64,000 nucleotides of DNA from Okamejei kenojei (taxonomy: Eukaryota), in assembly GCA_035221665.1 (NCBI GenBank), contig CM069134.1:88474001-88538000 (forward strand), given 5' to 3'. The position numbers and the translations under genes are program-made. Below the pieces are notes generated by a model. It was not told the DNA's origin. It did not search any database and saw nothing but the letters and a program-made list of their open reading frames with translations. Within the stretch, counting starts at the first letter, position 1. Every line of letters begins with the position of its first letter. Of the stretch, positions 25,195-37,754 are shown in pieces.

Positions 25195-27571
25195 CATGTG
25201 CGGACATGGCCTCGACGGACGAGAAACTGAAGCAAAGAAGTGGAAGCCAAATAACCGAACGGAAACTAAGCCGAAACGCCAAATAATCGAAAGCGTACAA
25301 AGTCGAAATGCCAACGAACCGAAAGGCTGGGATGCCTAAAAGCAAACTAACTGAAAGGGCGGGATGCCTAAAAACCAACTAATCGAAATGGTGGGATGCC
25401 TGAAAGCAAACTCACCGAAAGGCCGCTCTGCCAAAACTCACCGAAACGCTGCGTCACCTACAAGCCAACTAACTGAATGGCGACTCTGCTGAAAAATCAA
25501 ATAACGGACAGGAGGTCGCCGGGGGGCGGGACTTGTCAGCAATTGGTCCAGACCCCAACGTCCATCACTGGCCGATGGAGATGGGAGGGTGGGGGTCATT
25601 TTCCCACACAAGCCATAGGTGACTGGGCACTCTGAACCCAAGCACCAAGTTGTAAGTGGCCAAAGGAGCGCATCCCTCGGGACAGCCCCCACTCTCCCAC
25701 GGCCGCCCTCCGCCTCGTCTCCCCCGTGCGGCCGCACTGTGATGGGCTGTGTGTCGGTCGGATGATGGCGACGGTCGACTGATAACTGCCAGTAGTCTGA
25801 CGTCCAGATTAATCCAGCGGTCTGGATTAATGTGCCAGATCGGCTGCTGAACCTGGGTCGCCCCCGAAACACCTCGAAAAAAGTGGTGGCAGCGGCGGTG
25901 GTCACCTGCCACCTCTGACCAACTTGCAGCAGCAACACCAGTGGCAGATCAAGTCATAGACATAGACATAGACATAGAAAACAGGTGCAGGAGGAGGCCA
26001 TTCGGCCCTTCGAGCCAGCACCGCCATTCATTGTGATCATGGCTGATCGTTCACAATCAATAACCCGTGCCTGCCTTCTCCCCATATCTATGCCTCAATC
26101 ACAAGGATGTCCTTCCTCAAATTAGGAGACCAAAACTGTACACAATACTCCAGATGTGGTCTTACCAGAGCCTATACAACTGCAGAAGAACCTCTTTACT
26201 CCTGTACTGAAATCCTCTTGTTATGAAGGCCAATATTCCATGAGCTTTCTTCACTGCCTGCTGTACCTGCACGCCAACTTTCAGTGACTGGTGTACAAGG
26301 ACGCCCACGTCTCGCTGCGCCTCCCCTTACCTAACCTAACCCCATTGATATAATAATCTGCCCCCTTGTTTTTGCCGCCAAAGTGGAGAACTTCACATTT
26401 ATCTATATTATACTGCATCTGCCATGCATTTGCCCATTCACTCAACCTGTCCAGGTCACCTGCAACCTCCTAACATCCTCTTCACAGTTCACACTGCCAC
26501 CCAGCTTTGTGTCATCCGCAAACTTGCTAGTGTTGCTCCTAATTCCCTCTTCCAAATCATTATTGTATATATATGGTAAACAGTTGCGGCCCCAACACCG
26601 AGCCTTGCGGCACTCCACTCGCCACTGCCTGCCATTCTGAAAAGGACCCGTTCACTCCAACTCTTTGCTTCTTGTCTGCCAACCAATTTTTTATCCATGT
26701 CAACACCCTACCCCCAATACCATGTGCTCTAATTTTAGTCACCAGTCTCCCGTGCGGGACCTTATCAAAGGCTTTCTGAAAGTCGGGGAAGAGGTTGCAC
26801 AGTGGGTGAGTGCAGCGCTCTGCTGCGGCACAGCATCGCCCCCGCTATTCTCCCCTTCCCCAGGCAGCATCTCCACCACCACCCCCGCTATTCCCCCCCC
26901 CTCCCCCGGTGGCATCGGCCCCACTATCCCCCGCTCCACCCCTAGGCAGCATCGCCATCGCCGCCCACGCTATCGATCCACCACTTAATTAACCAGGTTC
27001 CTGAATGTAAGAACTATTTATACATATAAAATTTTTGTTTTTAAATCAATAACTCTTTTTTGAGTTTTAATACCGACCCCGTCCTGTGGGAAGGGCTTGC
27101 AGCAGCTGGTTTCATAGTGCCTTCATTGTTCGTAGGTGCTGAACTCTCACCTCTGCTCCGCCCGGAGCTGCCGACACACACTCGTCACAGTGCGGCCGCA
27201 CGGGGGAGACGAGGCTGAGGGTGGCCGTGGCCGTGTGAGAGTGGGGGCTGTCCCGAGGGATGCGCCCCTTCGGTCGCTTACAACTTATGCTTGGGTTCAG
27301 AGTGCCCAATCACCTATGGCTTGTGTGGGAAAATGACCCCCACCCTCTAGTCTCCATCGGCCAGTGATGTGATGGACGTAGGGGTCTGGACCAATGTGTG
27401 ACAAGTCCCGCCTTCCCCCTCCCGGCAAAGTCATGTCCGTTATTTGACTTTTCGGCAGAGCCACTATTCGGTGAGTTGGTTATTTGGCGTTTCGGCTTAG
27501 TTTCTGGTCGGTTATTTGGCTTCCACTTCTTTGCTGCGGCTTCTCGTCCTTCAACGCCATGTCCGGGTACC
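25195..27571. mobile_element. Non-autonomous Mutator/MULE-like DNA transposon with long TIRs
   Basis: Inverted arms ~25195-25760 and ~27170-27571. 9-bp direct repeat gggctgcag at 25186-25194 and 27572-27580. Removing the element restores a SINE/CR1-type tail. Subterminal aaccgaa repeats. Confidence 0.8.
25955..26783 (-). mobile_element. CR1/HER1-like LINE fragment nested in the MULE-like element
   Basis: (CATAGA)n tail; ORF 26560..26742 has [18 protein letters not shown]; internal deletion near 26090. Confidence 0.9.
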
Positions 27572-28013
27572 GGGCTGCAGGACCTGTAAATGTGCTGCAT
27601 GACTCTATGACCAAGTTGACACTATGGATGCCACACAGCAGAATTATCCAACTCCTTAAAAGCATTTACCCACCACCTGTAAAGTGAACTATTAATAACG
27701 TTCATATTAGTCACTGAATTGTTGATCAAATTGTACAGAGGTTTGATGCTCTCTTGATTACCTTGAAGCTGATTAAGTTTGCAGTGATTGCTATGATGTG
27801 ACACCGAATTCAGTCCTGACTATTCCACAGAAGTTTCTACAGAAGCCAGGAATGGGTGAAATGGTAGGCACTACCCCAGAAATACATCCCAATCAGGCAA
27901 TGAACAGCGGACATAGCAAAGCCAGCTGCTAGAGCAAGGAGGAGAAAGATGCTTAGTAGATTTTCAGAATGAAGTTCCCCGACATAAATCCCAATGCTGA
28001 TCAAGATGTCTGC

Positions 28014-29594
28014 ATATTGGGCTACGAATATTAAAAACGTAATCTATGGGACGGACAACACATGTCAACAGGTAAAATGGTTAATAATGGAGAGAGAGGA
28101 TTGCTCGCCTTTGTAGGCGCGATTCTTCTCTCTCCAATAAATTTGAAGAAAACACTATATGAGAAAAATCCGATTATCCACAGTGCCCTACGAATCTGGA
28201 AACAAGTGAAGTAAACCCTTGAACTGAGAGATGTATCTCTTCTCTGACCAATTGCCAACAACCCTTCGTTCAAGCCGTCTATTTTAGACAAAACGTTCAC
28301 ACATTGGGAAAGATTAGGAAATAAAAAACTCGGAGAACTTTATGAGATGGGAACTCTTCTTTCATTTCAAGAATGACAGTCAAAATATCATCTGAAAGGT
28401 AGTCAATATTTTAGATACCTTCAAATACGAGACTATCTGAAATCATATATCCAAGACTATCAATCTATTTTACCAGACACACTAGACGGATGCATGAATA
28501 GAAACTCGGATCCAAACAAGTTAATATAATGTCTGTATAACACCCTTTTAAATATAGAAACCACATCATCAGAAGTAATTAGAAGTGCTTGGGAAGATGA
28601 GATTGGCCTAAAAATTAAAAAAGACAGATGGGAGGAAAACTTTCTATATAGACACAGCTGTTCGCTTAACGTTATGCATTCGTTAATTCAATTTAAAATA
28701 CTACACTGACTCTATTATTCAAAGTCTAAACTGAATAAGATCTTTCCAAATGTATCTCCTATTTGCAATAAATGTCTTCTTCAGGAAGCAACTATAACCC
28801 ATTCCTTTGCCTCTTGTATAAAGTTACATAATTTCTGGAGAGGAATTTTTGAAATTTTTTCAAAAACACTAAAAATAAAATGGGATCCCGACGCGGAATT
28901 GATCATTCTAGGGACTTCAGAAGCCTGTTCTGAGCTATCACTATTTCAAAGACGTTTCCTTAATTATGGCTTGATAACGGCGAAAAAACTAATACTTACA
29001 TTTTGGAAACATACATCAGTCCCTGCTCTTAAGATGTGGATTATAAACATGTCCAAGACACTACATCTTGAAAATATTAGACTTGTCTTGGCAGAAAAAC
29101 CAGATCATTTTTCCAAAACATGGACACCATTCATTGATTTACTACAAGGATAGTATGGCGCAACAGAATTGTGGATCCCAATGCTGATCAAGATGTCTGC
29201 ATATTGGGCTACGAATATTAAAAACGTAATCTATGGGATCTAATTACGTAACCTAATTACGGGCTGGGTGAGGTGGGTGGAGAAGGGTTAGAGGCAGGTA
29301 TATCACCACTTTTTTCTCTTTTTTTCGTTTTGTCCTTTTATTTTTTTCTATTCCTCTCTTCTTTCTTTCTTTTATTTACTCTTTGGCTACACTACTTTGG
29401 TAGTCTAGGGGCTCTATCTTTGCACATCTCACTTTTTCTCTTTCTTGCTTTATCTCCTTTCTTTTCATAGCTAAAAAGTTAAAAATTGAAGCTGTAAAAT
29501 ACTATCATTTTATATGCCATTGGTTCTATTTTTGTACATTTGCTTCTAATAAATAAAAAAATAATAAATAAATAAATAAAAATAAATTGTAAAA
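28014..29594 (+). mobile_element. 5'-truncated L1/Tx1-clade LINE
   Basis: TSD aagatgtctgc at 28003-28013 and 29595-29605. A-rich tail at 29548-29594. ORF 28899..29153 (AKKLILTFWK...FSKTWTPFID) matches the L1 ORF2 C-terminus. Confidence 0.9.
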
Positions 29595-30111
29595 AAGATG
29601 TCTGCTAAAAATCTGAAATAAAATGGCTTATTTCATATGCTGGAACCGAGTGCTGGAAATACTCTGCACCTATAGAGGGAAACAGTTTGCATTTCAGGTC
29701 AGAGGCCATTCACTAAACACTGATTTCAGTGACTCACTAGGCTACCTTAATAAAACCAACCAGTGACTGGGAACAAGGCATAGTCTGCTCTCAGGGTGCA
29801 TCTGGCTTTATGTACAACACACTGGCTCCAAGTGCTTCCAACTTTTCACAGCATTGAGCAACCTGCTGACACAAGCAGCCACTTTCCAGCCCTGTTAGTG
29901 GCCAGCTACATTAATTTGCAGCATCATAACATTGGCAATATGCCTGGATTGTAAGCAGCAGACACTGGTTAATAGCACATCGCAAACCTCCCTCAGTCCC
30001 ACCCTTTGCTTATGGGCTATTACATTATCAATCAATGGTTTCAGTGATAACATGACTGTGGCAATTTGCCCCTTCAGTGAAAATCAAATACTTCCACCTT
30101 TATAGAAGGAG

Positions 30112-31445
30112 TCATGAGTCAAGAGAGTTTAATTGTCATATGTACTGACAACAGAACAATGACATTTTTACTTGCAGCTGCTTAACAAGACCATAAACAC
30201 AATTACGCACAGATAAATACATAATGATCAATAATACTACACATTTATAACAGTAATATTATGTGACCATATAGTAAACCCAAAATCAAGAGACAATAGG
30301 GGCAGGAGTAGGCCATACAGTTCTTCAAGCCAGCACCGCCATTCAATGTGATCGTGGCTGATCATCCATAATCAGTACCCTGTTCCTGTCTTCTCCCCAT
30401 ATACCCTTACTCCGCTATCTTCTAGAGCCCTATCTAGCTCTCTCTTGAAAGTTTCCAGAGAAACGGCCTCCACAGCCCTCTGAGGCAGATCATTCCACAG
30501 ACTCACAAAACTCTGTGTGAAAAAATGTCTCCTCATCTCCATTCTAATGGCTTACCCTTTATTCTTAAACTTTCTTAAGTTTCTTAAGTTCTGGACTCCC
30601 CTAACATCGGGAACATGTTTCCTGCCTCTAGCGGGTCCAAACCCGTAATAATCGTATATGTTTCAATAAGATCCCTTCTCATCCTTCTCAATTCAAGAGT
30701 ATACAAGCCCAGCCACTCCATTCTCTGAGCATATGACAGTCCTGCCATCCCGGGAATTAACCTCGTGAACCTACGCTGCAGTCCCTGAATAGCAAGAATG
30801 TCCTTCCTCAAATCTGGAGACCAAAACTGCACACAATACTCCAGGTGCGGTCTCACTAGGGCTTTGTACAACTGCAAAAGGACCTCTTTACTCCTATACT
30901 CAACTCTTCTTATAAAGGCCAACATGCCATTCGCTTTCTTCACTGCCTGCTGTACCTGCATGCTTACTTTCATTCACTGATGAACAAGGACCCCCCAGAT
31001 CCCATTGTACTTCACCTTTTCCCAACTTGACACCATTTAGATATTAATCTACCTTTCTGTTTTTGCTCCCAAAGTGGATAACCTCACAATTATCCACATT
31101 AAAATGCATCTGCCATGCATCTGCCCACTCACCCAATCTGTCCAAGTCACCCTGCATTATCATAGCATCCTCCTCACAGTTGACACAGCTACCCAGCTTT
31201 ATGTCATATGAAAATTTGCTAATGTTACTTGTTTCCTTAAAGTAACCTAAGGCACAATCCACAGAAGATCATAGTTGCTGAGGTTAGTGTTGTGCAGTGT
31301 TTAAGAGACTGATGGTTGCTGGTAAGAAGCTGTCCTTGAACCCAATGGTCATAGTTTTCAGCTCTAGTACCTTCTTCCTGATGGTGGTAGCGAAATGAGA
31401 GCGTGGCCAGGATGGTGTGGGTATTTGATTATATTAGCTGCCTTC
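30112..31445 (-). mobile_element. Rex1/Babar-like LINE 3' fragment interrupted by CR1
   Basis: Tail gagtcaagagagttttaattgtcatatgtac (~30117) and ctgatggttgctggtaagaagctgtccttgaacc...cttcttcctgatgg (~31310-31400) flank the CR1. Family assignment is from memory of similar tails. Confidence 0.5.
30290..31235 (-). mobile_element. CR1/HER1-like LINE 3' portion
   Basis: ORFs 31044..31262 and 30584..30973 ([29 protein letters not shown]) plus the CR1 tail. Confidence 0.93.
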
Positions 31446-32214
31446 AAGAATTGCTTCCTTCAAATTTACCTTTCCACTGAAGAGAGGAGAGAACTGCAAG
31501 CCAGAATTTCCTGTTCTTAAACCGAATATTTGATGTTTACGTTCTGACTTCTGCTTCAATGCAAATAAATTATGCATTAGCCTGAGCATGTCCATTGAAA
31601 TGATCATCTCAGTGGATGGATGGTTTAATAATATTTTGGTAAATAAACAATGAATTCATTGTTTTGTCCACAAACTCTGAATGTTGGGAACTTTTTAAAT
31701 CTCAGTGAGGGGTAATCACATGTAGAAATTGAAGGAGGCACATTGGCATAGCAATTTCTCATAAACACCAATGAGGGGGTTATGAGGTAAAGTTTCATTC
31801 TTGGCCAACAGTGCTCAGTGCACATTGAATCTGCTTCTGAAACCTGACTCGGTGGAAGCAGTGGATGGAAATTACGGTAGCTAAGTATAGTGTGAAACTA
31901 CATTCAAAACTGAGGAAGAGTTTTCAGACACTGATTCAGAATAAGCATTACCAGGACAATGAGGATAAAGCCCCAGCTCATGATCAGGATTAAAGGAGTT
32001 GAAAGGGAGAAACAAAAAACATAGCCCTTTACAATCCTCTATCCATTTCCTATTTGTCCTGTCTTTTTTTAATTATAGTTTTCTATTTCATTTTTAAACT
32101 TAAAATTTTCATTTCTATAGTAATTTTTGAATCTAATTTAGAACTCTGGTAATTAATTTCCTGTTCTTACAATTGAGTGTGTGTGTGTGTGTCACTGACG
32201 ATAACGGCTCATCT

Positions 32215-32315
32215 GGGATCTGAAGAGGGTATCGACCTAAAACGTTACTCATTCCTTCTCTCCAGAGATGTTGCCTGCCCCACTGAGTTACTCCAGCATT
32301 TTGTGGCTATCTTTA
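32215..32315 (+). mobile_element. Penelope-derived short tail element with a degenerate hammerhead-like core
   Basis: ctgaagagggtatcgacctaaaacgtt...cactgagttactccagcattttg, homologous to 45540-45625. Confidence 0.7.
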
Positions 32316-32459
32316 GGATATTAGATCACCTGGAACCCCAGGATACTAGATCAGAAGAGATATAATCCACTCAGATGATGGAGCAGTTGTGATGTTGAAT
32401 AAGATGGGGAATGAATCCTTCAGGACATTTTATATCAAGAGAGATGCTGAAATAGCTAT

Positions 32460-32665
32460 GAAGATGGATCACCTGGGACATTAAGTTATCCATGACATTG
32501 GACCACATGAGATATTGGATCACATCAGTACATTGGATTATTTGGCATATTCGATCACCCAGGAGATGAATCACATCGGACATTGAATCACCCAGGACAT
32601 TGCTCACCCCAGGCCATTGATCACCTGCAATATGGATCACCTGGATGTTGGAGCATCCGGAGATG
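32460..32665. repeat. Degenerate 17-18-bp minisatellite (tggatcacc.ggacat)
   Basis: About 10 imperfect units, e.g. ttggatcacatcagtaca, ttgaatcacccaggaca, tggatcacctggatg. Confidence 0.75.
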
Positions 32666-33222
32666 GAAGAAAAGTGATGTTGAATCACCTGGCACCTTGA
32701 GGAGAGATAGGACAAGATGGGGGGAACATCATGAGGTGTAAATATGGCCAATTGATTTCCCTTGGTAATTTTTCTACCTGAAAAAAAACCTTACAATACT
32801 CAGTTTCAACACTACCAGCTATGATCTGAAAGTATGAAAAGTCAATTTCAAAAAGTAGAGAAGTGGATATGTAGATGAATATGTAGGTAAATTTTTTGGT
32901 CCAGGTGGAAGAAATTAACGTGGATATGGCAACAGGGTTCTTGATCAATTGATGAAAATAAAGAGTTGAGGGTAAGAGGGCCAGCAGAGTACTTCATTAC
33001 TCAACTACAGAGGCAATAAAGGCATGGAGCACGTTTTTGCATGAAACAGACCCTTCAGCCCATCTTGTCCATGGCGAAATCAATGGGGTATTTAATTAAG
33101 ATTTTTAAAAGACCAGAGAATTGAAGAAGGAATTGACATGGACAAGAAGAAAAGGCTCTGAATAGTTCAGTCATAATATATTGAATTGTGGCAAAGGCTT
33201 GAGGAACTTTGAGACCTACCAC

Positions 33223-33458
33223 GACATGGAAGATCAGGATGGACACACATGAGAGTGGGTGGTGGCTGGGGACTAGTACAGACCCGAAGGGCCATCCAAA
33301 AAAGTATTTTGGGGCAAAAATCGGTGAAAAATGACATGGAAGATTAGGATGGACACACATGGGATTGGGTGGTGGCTGGGGGCTAGTACAGACTTGTATG
33401 GCCAAAGGGACATCCAAAAAGTCATTTGGGGCAAAAATCGGTTAGAAATGATATGGAA
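33223..33458. repeat. ~110-bp tandem duplication
   Basis: catggaagatcaggatggacacacatg...ggggcaaaaatcggt occurs twice, head to tail. Confidence 0.85.
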
Positions 33459-33765
33459 TTGATCACCTGTTATCTCTAGGTATGGTAGACCACTTGTTAT
33501 GTAACAGGCCCAGTCACCGGAGTACTATAGGCCAGATTGTATCTCACTATGACAATTAAGGACTTTAATGACAGTTACTGTTAAGTGAAATCTAGTAACA
33601 ATAACTAAGAAACTGTTAGATTACTGTGAAAAAATCCACTTGGCCCATAGGTGCTAAACAGATAAACAACAATCCAGATTTAATTCTGACTCTAAGTATG
33701 ATACGTGTACTGGATTTCTTCACGTGGTCAACTTCTAACTGTTTCTTCAGTCCAGAGATAATTAA

Positions 33766-34197
33766 CCATATAACAACCATATAACAATTACAGCACGGAA
33801 ACAGGCCCTCTCAGCCCTTCCAGTCCGTGCCGACCATTTGTTTTCCCCTAGTCCCATCTACCTGCACTCAGACCATACCCCTCCATTCCCTTCACGTCCA
33901 TATACCTATCCACTTTACTCTTAAATGTTAAAATCGATCCAGTCGTCACCACTTCTGCTGGAAGCTCATTCCACACAGCCACCACCCTCTGAGTAAAGAG
34001 GTTCCCCCTCACGTTACCCCGAAACCTCTGTCCCTTAATTCTCATGTCATGCCCTCTTGTTTGAATTTTCCCTACCCTCAATGGGAAAAACGTATCCACG
34101 TCAACTCTGTCTATCCCTTTCATCATTTTAAAGACCTCAATCAAGTCCCCCCTTAACCTTCTGCGCTCCAAAGAATAAAGACCTAACTTGTTCAACA
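33766..34197 (-). mobile_element. Young CR1 3' fragment
   Basis: ORF 33848..34198 (LGLYSLERRRLRGDLIEVFKMMKG...WNELP) is uninterrupted, with an (ATAACCAT) tail. Confidence 0.93.
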
Positions 34198-34289
34198 ATT
34201 AGGATGGGAATAAATGCTAGCATGCCAGCACTGCCCATAACCTGTAAAACTATTTTTTTAAAGATATGCAATGTCTCAGAGCAACAGAA

Positions 34290-34500
34290 AAACTGCTGGA
34301 GGAACTCCTATGAAGGGTCTGAAATCTGAAGAAAGGTCGTGACCTGAAACATCACTTTCTATTTTTTCCAAAGACGCTGCCTGATCCACTGAGTTACTGC
34401 AGCATCTTTGGTATAAACCAGCAACTGTCATCCCTTCTTATTACATGCTGGAGGAACTCAAGCGGGTCATGTACAATCTGTGGAGGAAAACAGACAGTCA
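34290..34500 (+). mobile_element. Penelope-derived tail element(s) with a hammerhead-like core
   Basis: ctgaaga-a-aggtc-gt-gacct-gaaa-c-a-tc at 34326-34353, followed by the conserved ...cactgagttactgcagc tail. Confidence 0.7.
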
Positions 34501-35049
34501 TCTGCACTAGTCCCAACTCAAAATGTCAAATGTTGCTCCATATTCCAGTGTCTGTAATCTCTTATGTTTACATTTAATAGATACATTGAAGTTAATGGAA
34601 CTTAATTTCAGAGGCTATGATAGTTACTTGGGATGCATTTCTAGGCAAAAACTCCTTAACTTTGAATTCAAGCTAGTGATAGAGGGAAGTGTAGGGGTGG
34701 TGTAAAGTGAACAATATTACTTGCTTCACGTCAGTTAGTATTCATTCCCATTTCCACGGTGATTTATCATTACCTGCAAGTGATCCACTCTAGCTAGATC
34801 AGCAGTGATAATATTTTAAGATATAAACCCCATATGGTCTCACTCCCTCTCGTAAATCAGAAAAAAAAACAAGATACCCCTCAACGTTTCATCTCTTGTC
34901 TATCCTTCATTTTCCTTGACCACTCCAGAGACAGCCAAACCTTCAGCTGTCCAGGTTTGAGTGAAAAGTTATCTCCGAAAACCTTTGCACCTCTCTTCTC
35001 TCTTTTAAAACTCTTCTAAAATATCCCTCCTGCACATATTTTTGTCATA

Positions 35050-35365
35050 ATGTCACACAACATGGAAATGGGCCCTTTGGTCCAAAAAACGTCCACAGAG
35101 ACCAGCAAGGATCTGTTTACACTTATCTTCACACTCAATCCCATTTTTATTCTCGCCACATTCCCTTCAACTACCACCAGATTGTACATAACAAGTGCAA
35201 TTTGCAGTGGTCAATTAATGTCCTTGGGATGTTTGAGAAAACTGGAGCATCGGGAGGAACCCCATGCAATCACAGGGATAACATGCAAACTCCACATAAG
35301 TAACATCAAAGGCTAAAATTGTACCTGGGTTGTTGGAGCAATGAAGCTCAACCAGTTGCACCACC
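35050..35365 (-). mobile_element. HE1-like V-SINE
   Basis: Reverse complement of the V-core (ttgggatgtttgagaaaactggagca...acatgcaaactccaca). Confidence 0.75.
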
Positions 35366-36929
35366 GTAACAGAATTTTGGTTCACCTATTCTGATATGCG
35401 CTGAAACGGGATTAGTGTCAAGTGTTGTCTGACACTGAGGACTTGCGAAATGATTTGGGAGATCTTACTACATTATAGGCTCCAATACTGCAGTTCGCTT
35501 TTGTTGTAACACTCCTTATTTTGTTGTTCACTTGAGCAGATATTTCCTTCACATGGGTTGACAGGCCAGGCTAAAAGGATCTTGGAATGCCATCATAAAT
35601 TATTAGCCTGAGATTACCATGATAACATTGGCCTCTTCCTCCCTCCAGCTCGGTTGATGTGCTGGTGGCATGCTTTCCTGCTGCTTTCATCCAGTAACAA
35701 TTAACAATGCAGTTTAGGGCATAATTTCTCTGCACGATATATCAAAATATATTTTCCCACACAGTCCTTTCTTTTCCTGCTTCTGGCTCCACATACCATA
35801 GTGGTGGTGGCTACAGTAATAGTCCCACATGAATGGGTTAAAGGGGAAAAAAAAAATCACCCAGATAGTGATTAATGACTAGGAGGAAGCAATAATGTAA
35901 GCAAGCAACATTTCTTCTTGCCTCACCAGAGTGAGCACTTTGTGGCCAGAAGCGGTCTCAGTGTACACCGCAACTCTTAATCCCCGTCGCAAATAACTTC
36001 CAGATGCAACCATTCAACACTGTCAGTTTGCAGGTCTTGGCTTTCACAGATGGCACTCTATGAGGGGGGTCCACGGGCAACATCGCAAGTACTTTGCTAA
36101 TCATTCAATTCCAATCTTCCTGAAGGGAATTTTATTCATAAAATCTTTTTCATCTTTGTGCCTTTGATTAAGAGAGGAGATAATCACTAAGTCATGGGCT
36201 CTGATGGGAAGGGGGAAAAGACAAGGGTCTTGTTAGATTGAGGTGAGGGGAGGGAGGAGGGGTTGGTTGTACTCTTTTTAACATGTGCTTGACTGGAAGA
36301 AAACAAATCAAAGGTAGTGAAGCATGAGAGCCTTGACTGGTTCCAATTGAGCATCCGTGGCAGAGGTGGGTATGAATAGAAAATCATGGATGCAGTGATT
36401 GGTTTGGGTACGCACTGTGGGTCGAACTAATTCTCTTCTCTCACGGAGGCGGTGACATTGTGAGCTCACCAGTGGACAAGTTATGTTCAGCTGACTGAAG
36501 CAAGAAAGATGAAATGATGAATGTGCCTTAACATCATCAAAGGGAAAATGCTTCTTTTATTGTGAGAATCAATACAATAAAACATCCTGGCTTCACTCAA
36601 TGTCTCCAGGTGCAAAGTTCCATGAAATATACATGATTTCCTTTGGCTTTATCAGTACAAAAAGAACAGGGGAGATCTCCCCAGTATTACAACCAATATT
36701 TATACATCCACCAACCTTCCTGAATGAATGGTGATTAGTCATTGTTACACTGTTATTGGGGGAAAGCATGCTGTGTGCAATTTTAGTGGTCACAGTTCCC
36801 TAGTTTGCAACAGGATTTTTACTTCAGTATTATCTCACTGGTTGTAAACAGAATTGTATTAATATAAAATCATAGGACAGCTATAGCACTAAATAATGCC
36901 ATTCAGTCCATCCAATCCATGCAGACTTA

Positions 36930-37350
36930 ATCATAGTCATAGAGACATAAAGCACGGAAACAGCCCCTTCAGCCCAACTTGCTCACGCCGACCAACATGT
37001 CCCATCTACACCAGTCCCACTTGCCTGCCCGTGCAAGGCCCATATCTCTACAAACCTATCCCATCCATGCACCTGTCCAAATGCTTGTCAAATGCTGCGA
37101 TAGTCCCTACCTCAACCACCTCCTCGGGCAGCTCGCTCCAGACCACCCAGACTCTCACTGCATCGTTTCCCCCTCACCCCAAACCCATGTCCTCTGGTTC
37201 TCGACTCCCCCACTCTGGGCAAAGGACTCCATGCGTTTACCTGCTCCATTCCTCTCATGATCCTGTAGACCTCCACAAGATCACCCCTCATTCTCCTGCG
37301 CTCCAAGGAACAGAGTTCTAGCCTGCCCAATCCCTCCCCACAGCTCAGAC
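36930..37350 (-). mobile_element. CR1 3' fragment (distinct subfamily)
   Basis: ORF 37112..37330 (LERRRMRGDLVEVYRIMRG...SRTRGH) with a catagtcatag tail. Confidence 0.88.
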
Positions 37351-37754
37351 TTCTGTGAGAACAGTCCTGTCAGTACATTTTACCACAAGATGTTCCATCT
37401 CAAATGTCTTTTCAGCTCTCTTCCAAAGGTTTTGTTTCCAGGCAGTCAATGCTAGGCAGGAATGAAAGTAGCTTAAGTAGTATTGTTGTATCACAAACAT
37501 ACCATTGACCATTTTCCTTTGATTATGGACCTTTACCAGCTTACCCTTACCGGTTATGGTTGCAGATCATGACTCCTGATGAAAGACAACACATTCACAT
37601 TTTGATGATGCTAAGCATCATGCTTCCCTTCCTTCTTGCTGTAATGTAGTGCCACTGGGTTGTTACATCACTGAAGGAGATAAATGAGTCATCCTGTAAT
37701 GGAATAACTTCCCTTTATTTATCTTTTTAAATCAGCCTGGACCTATGTCATAGA

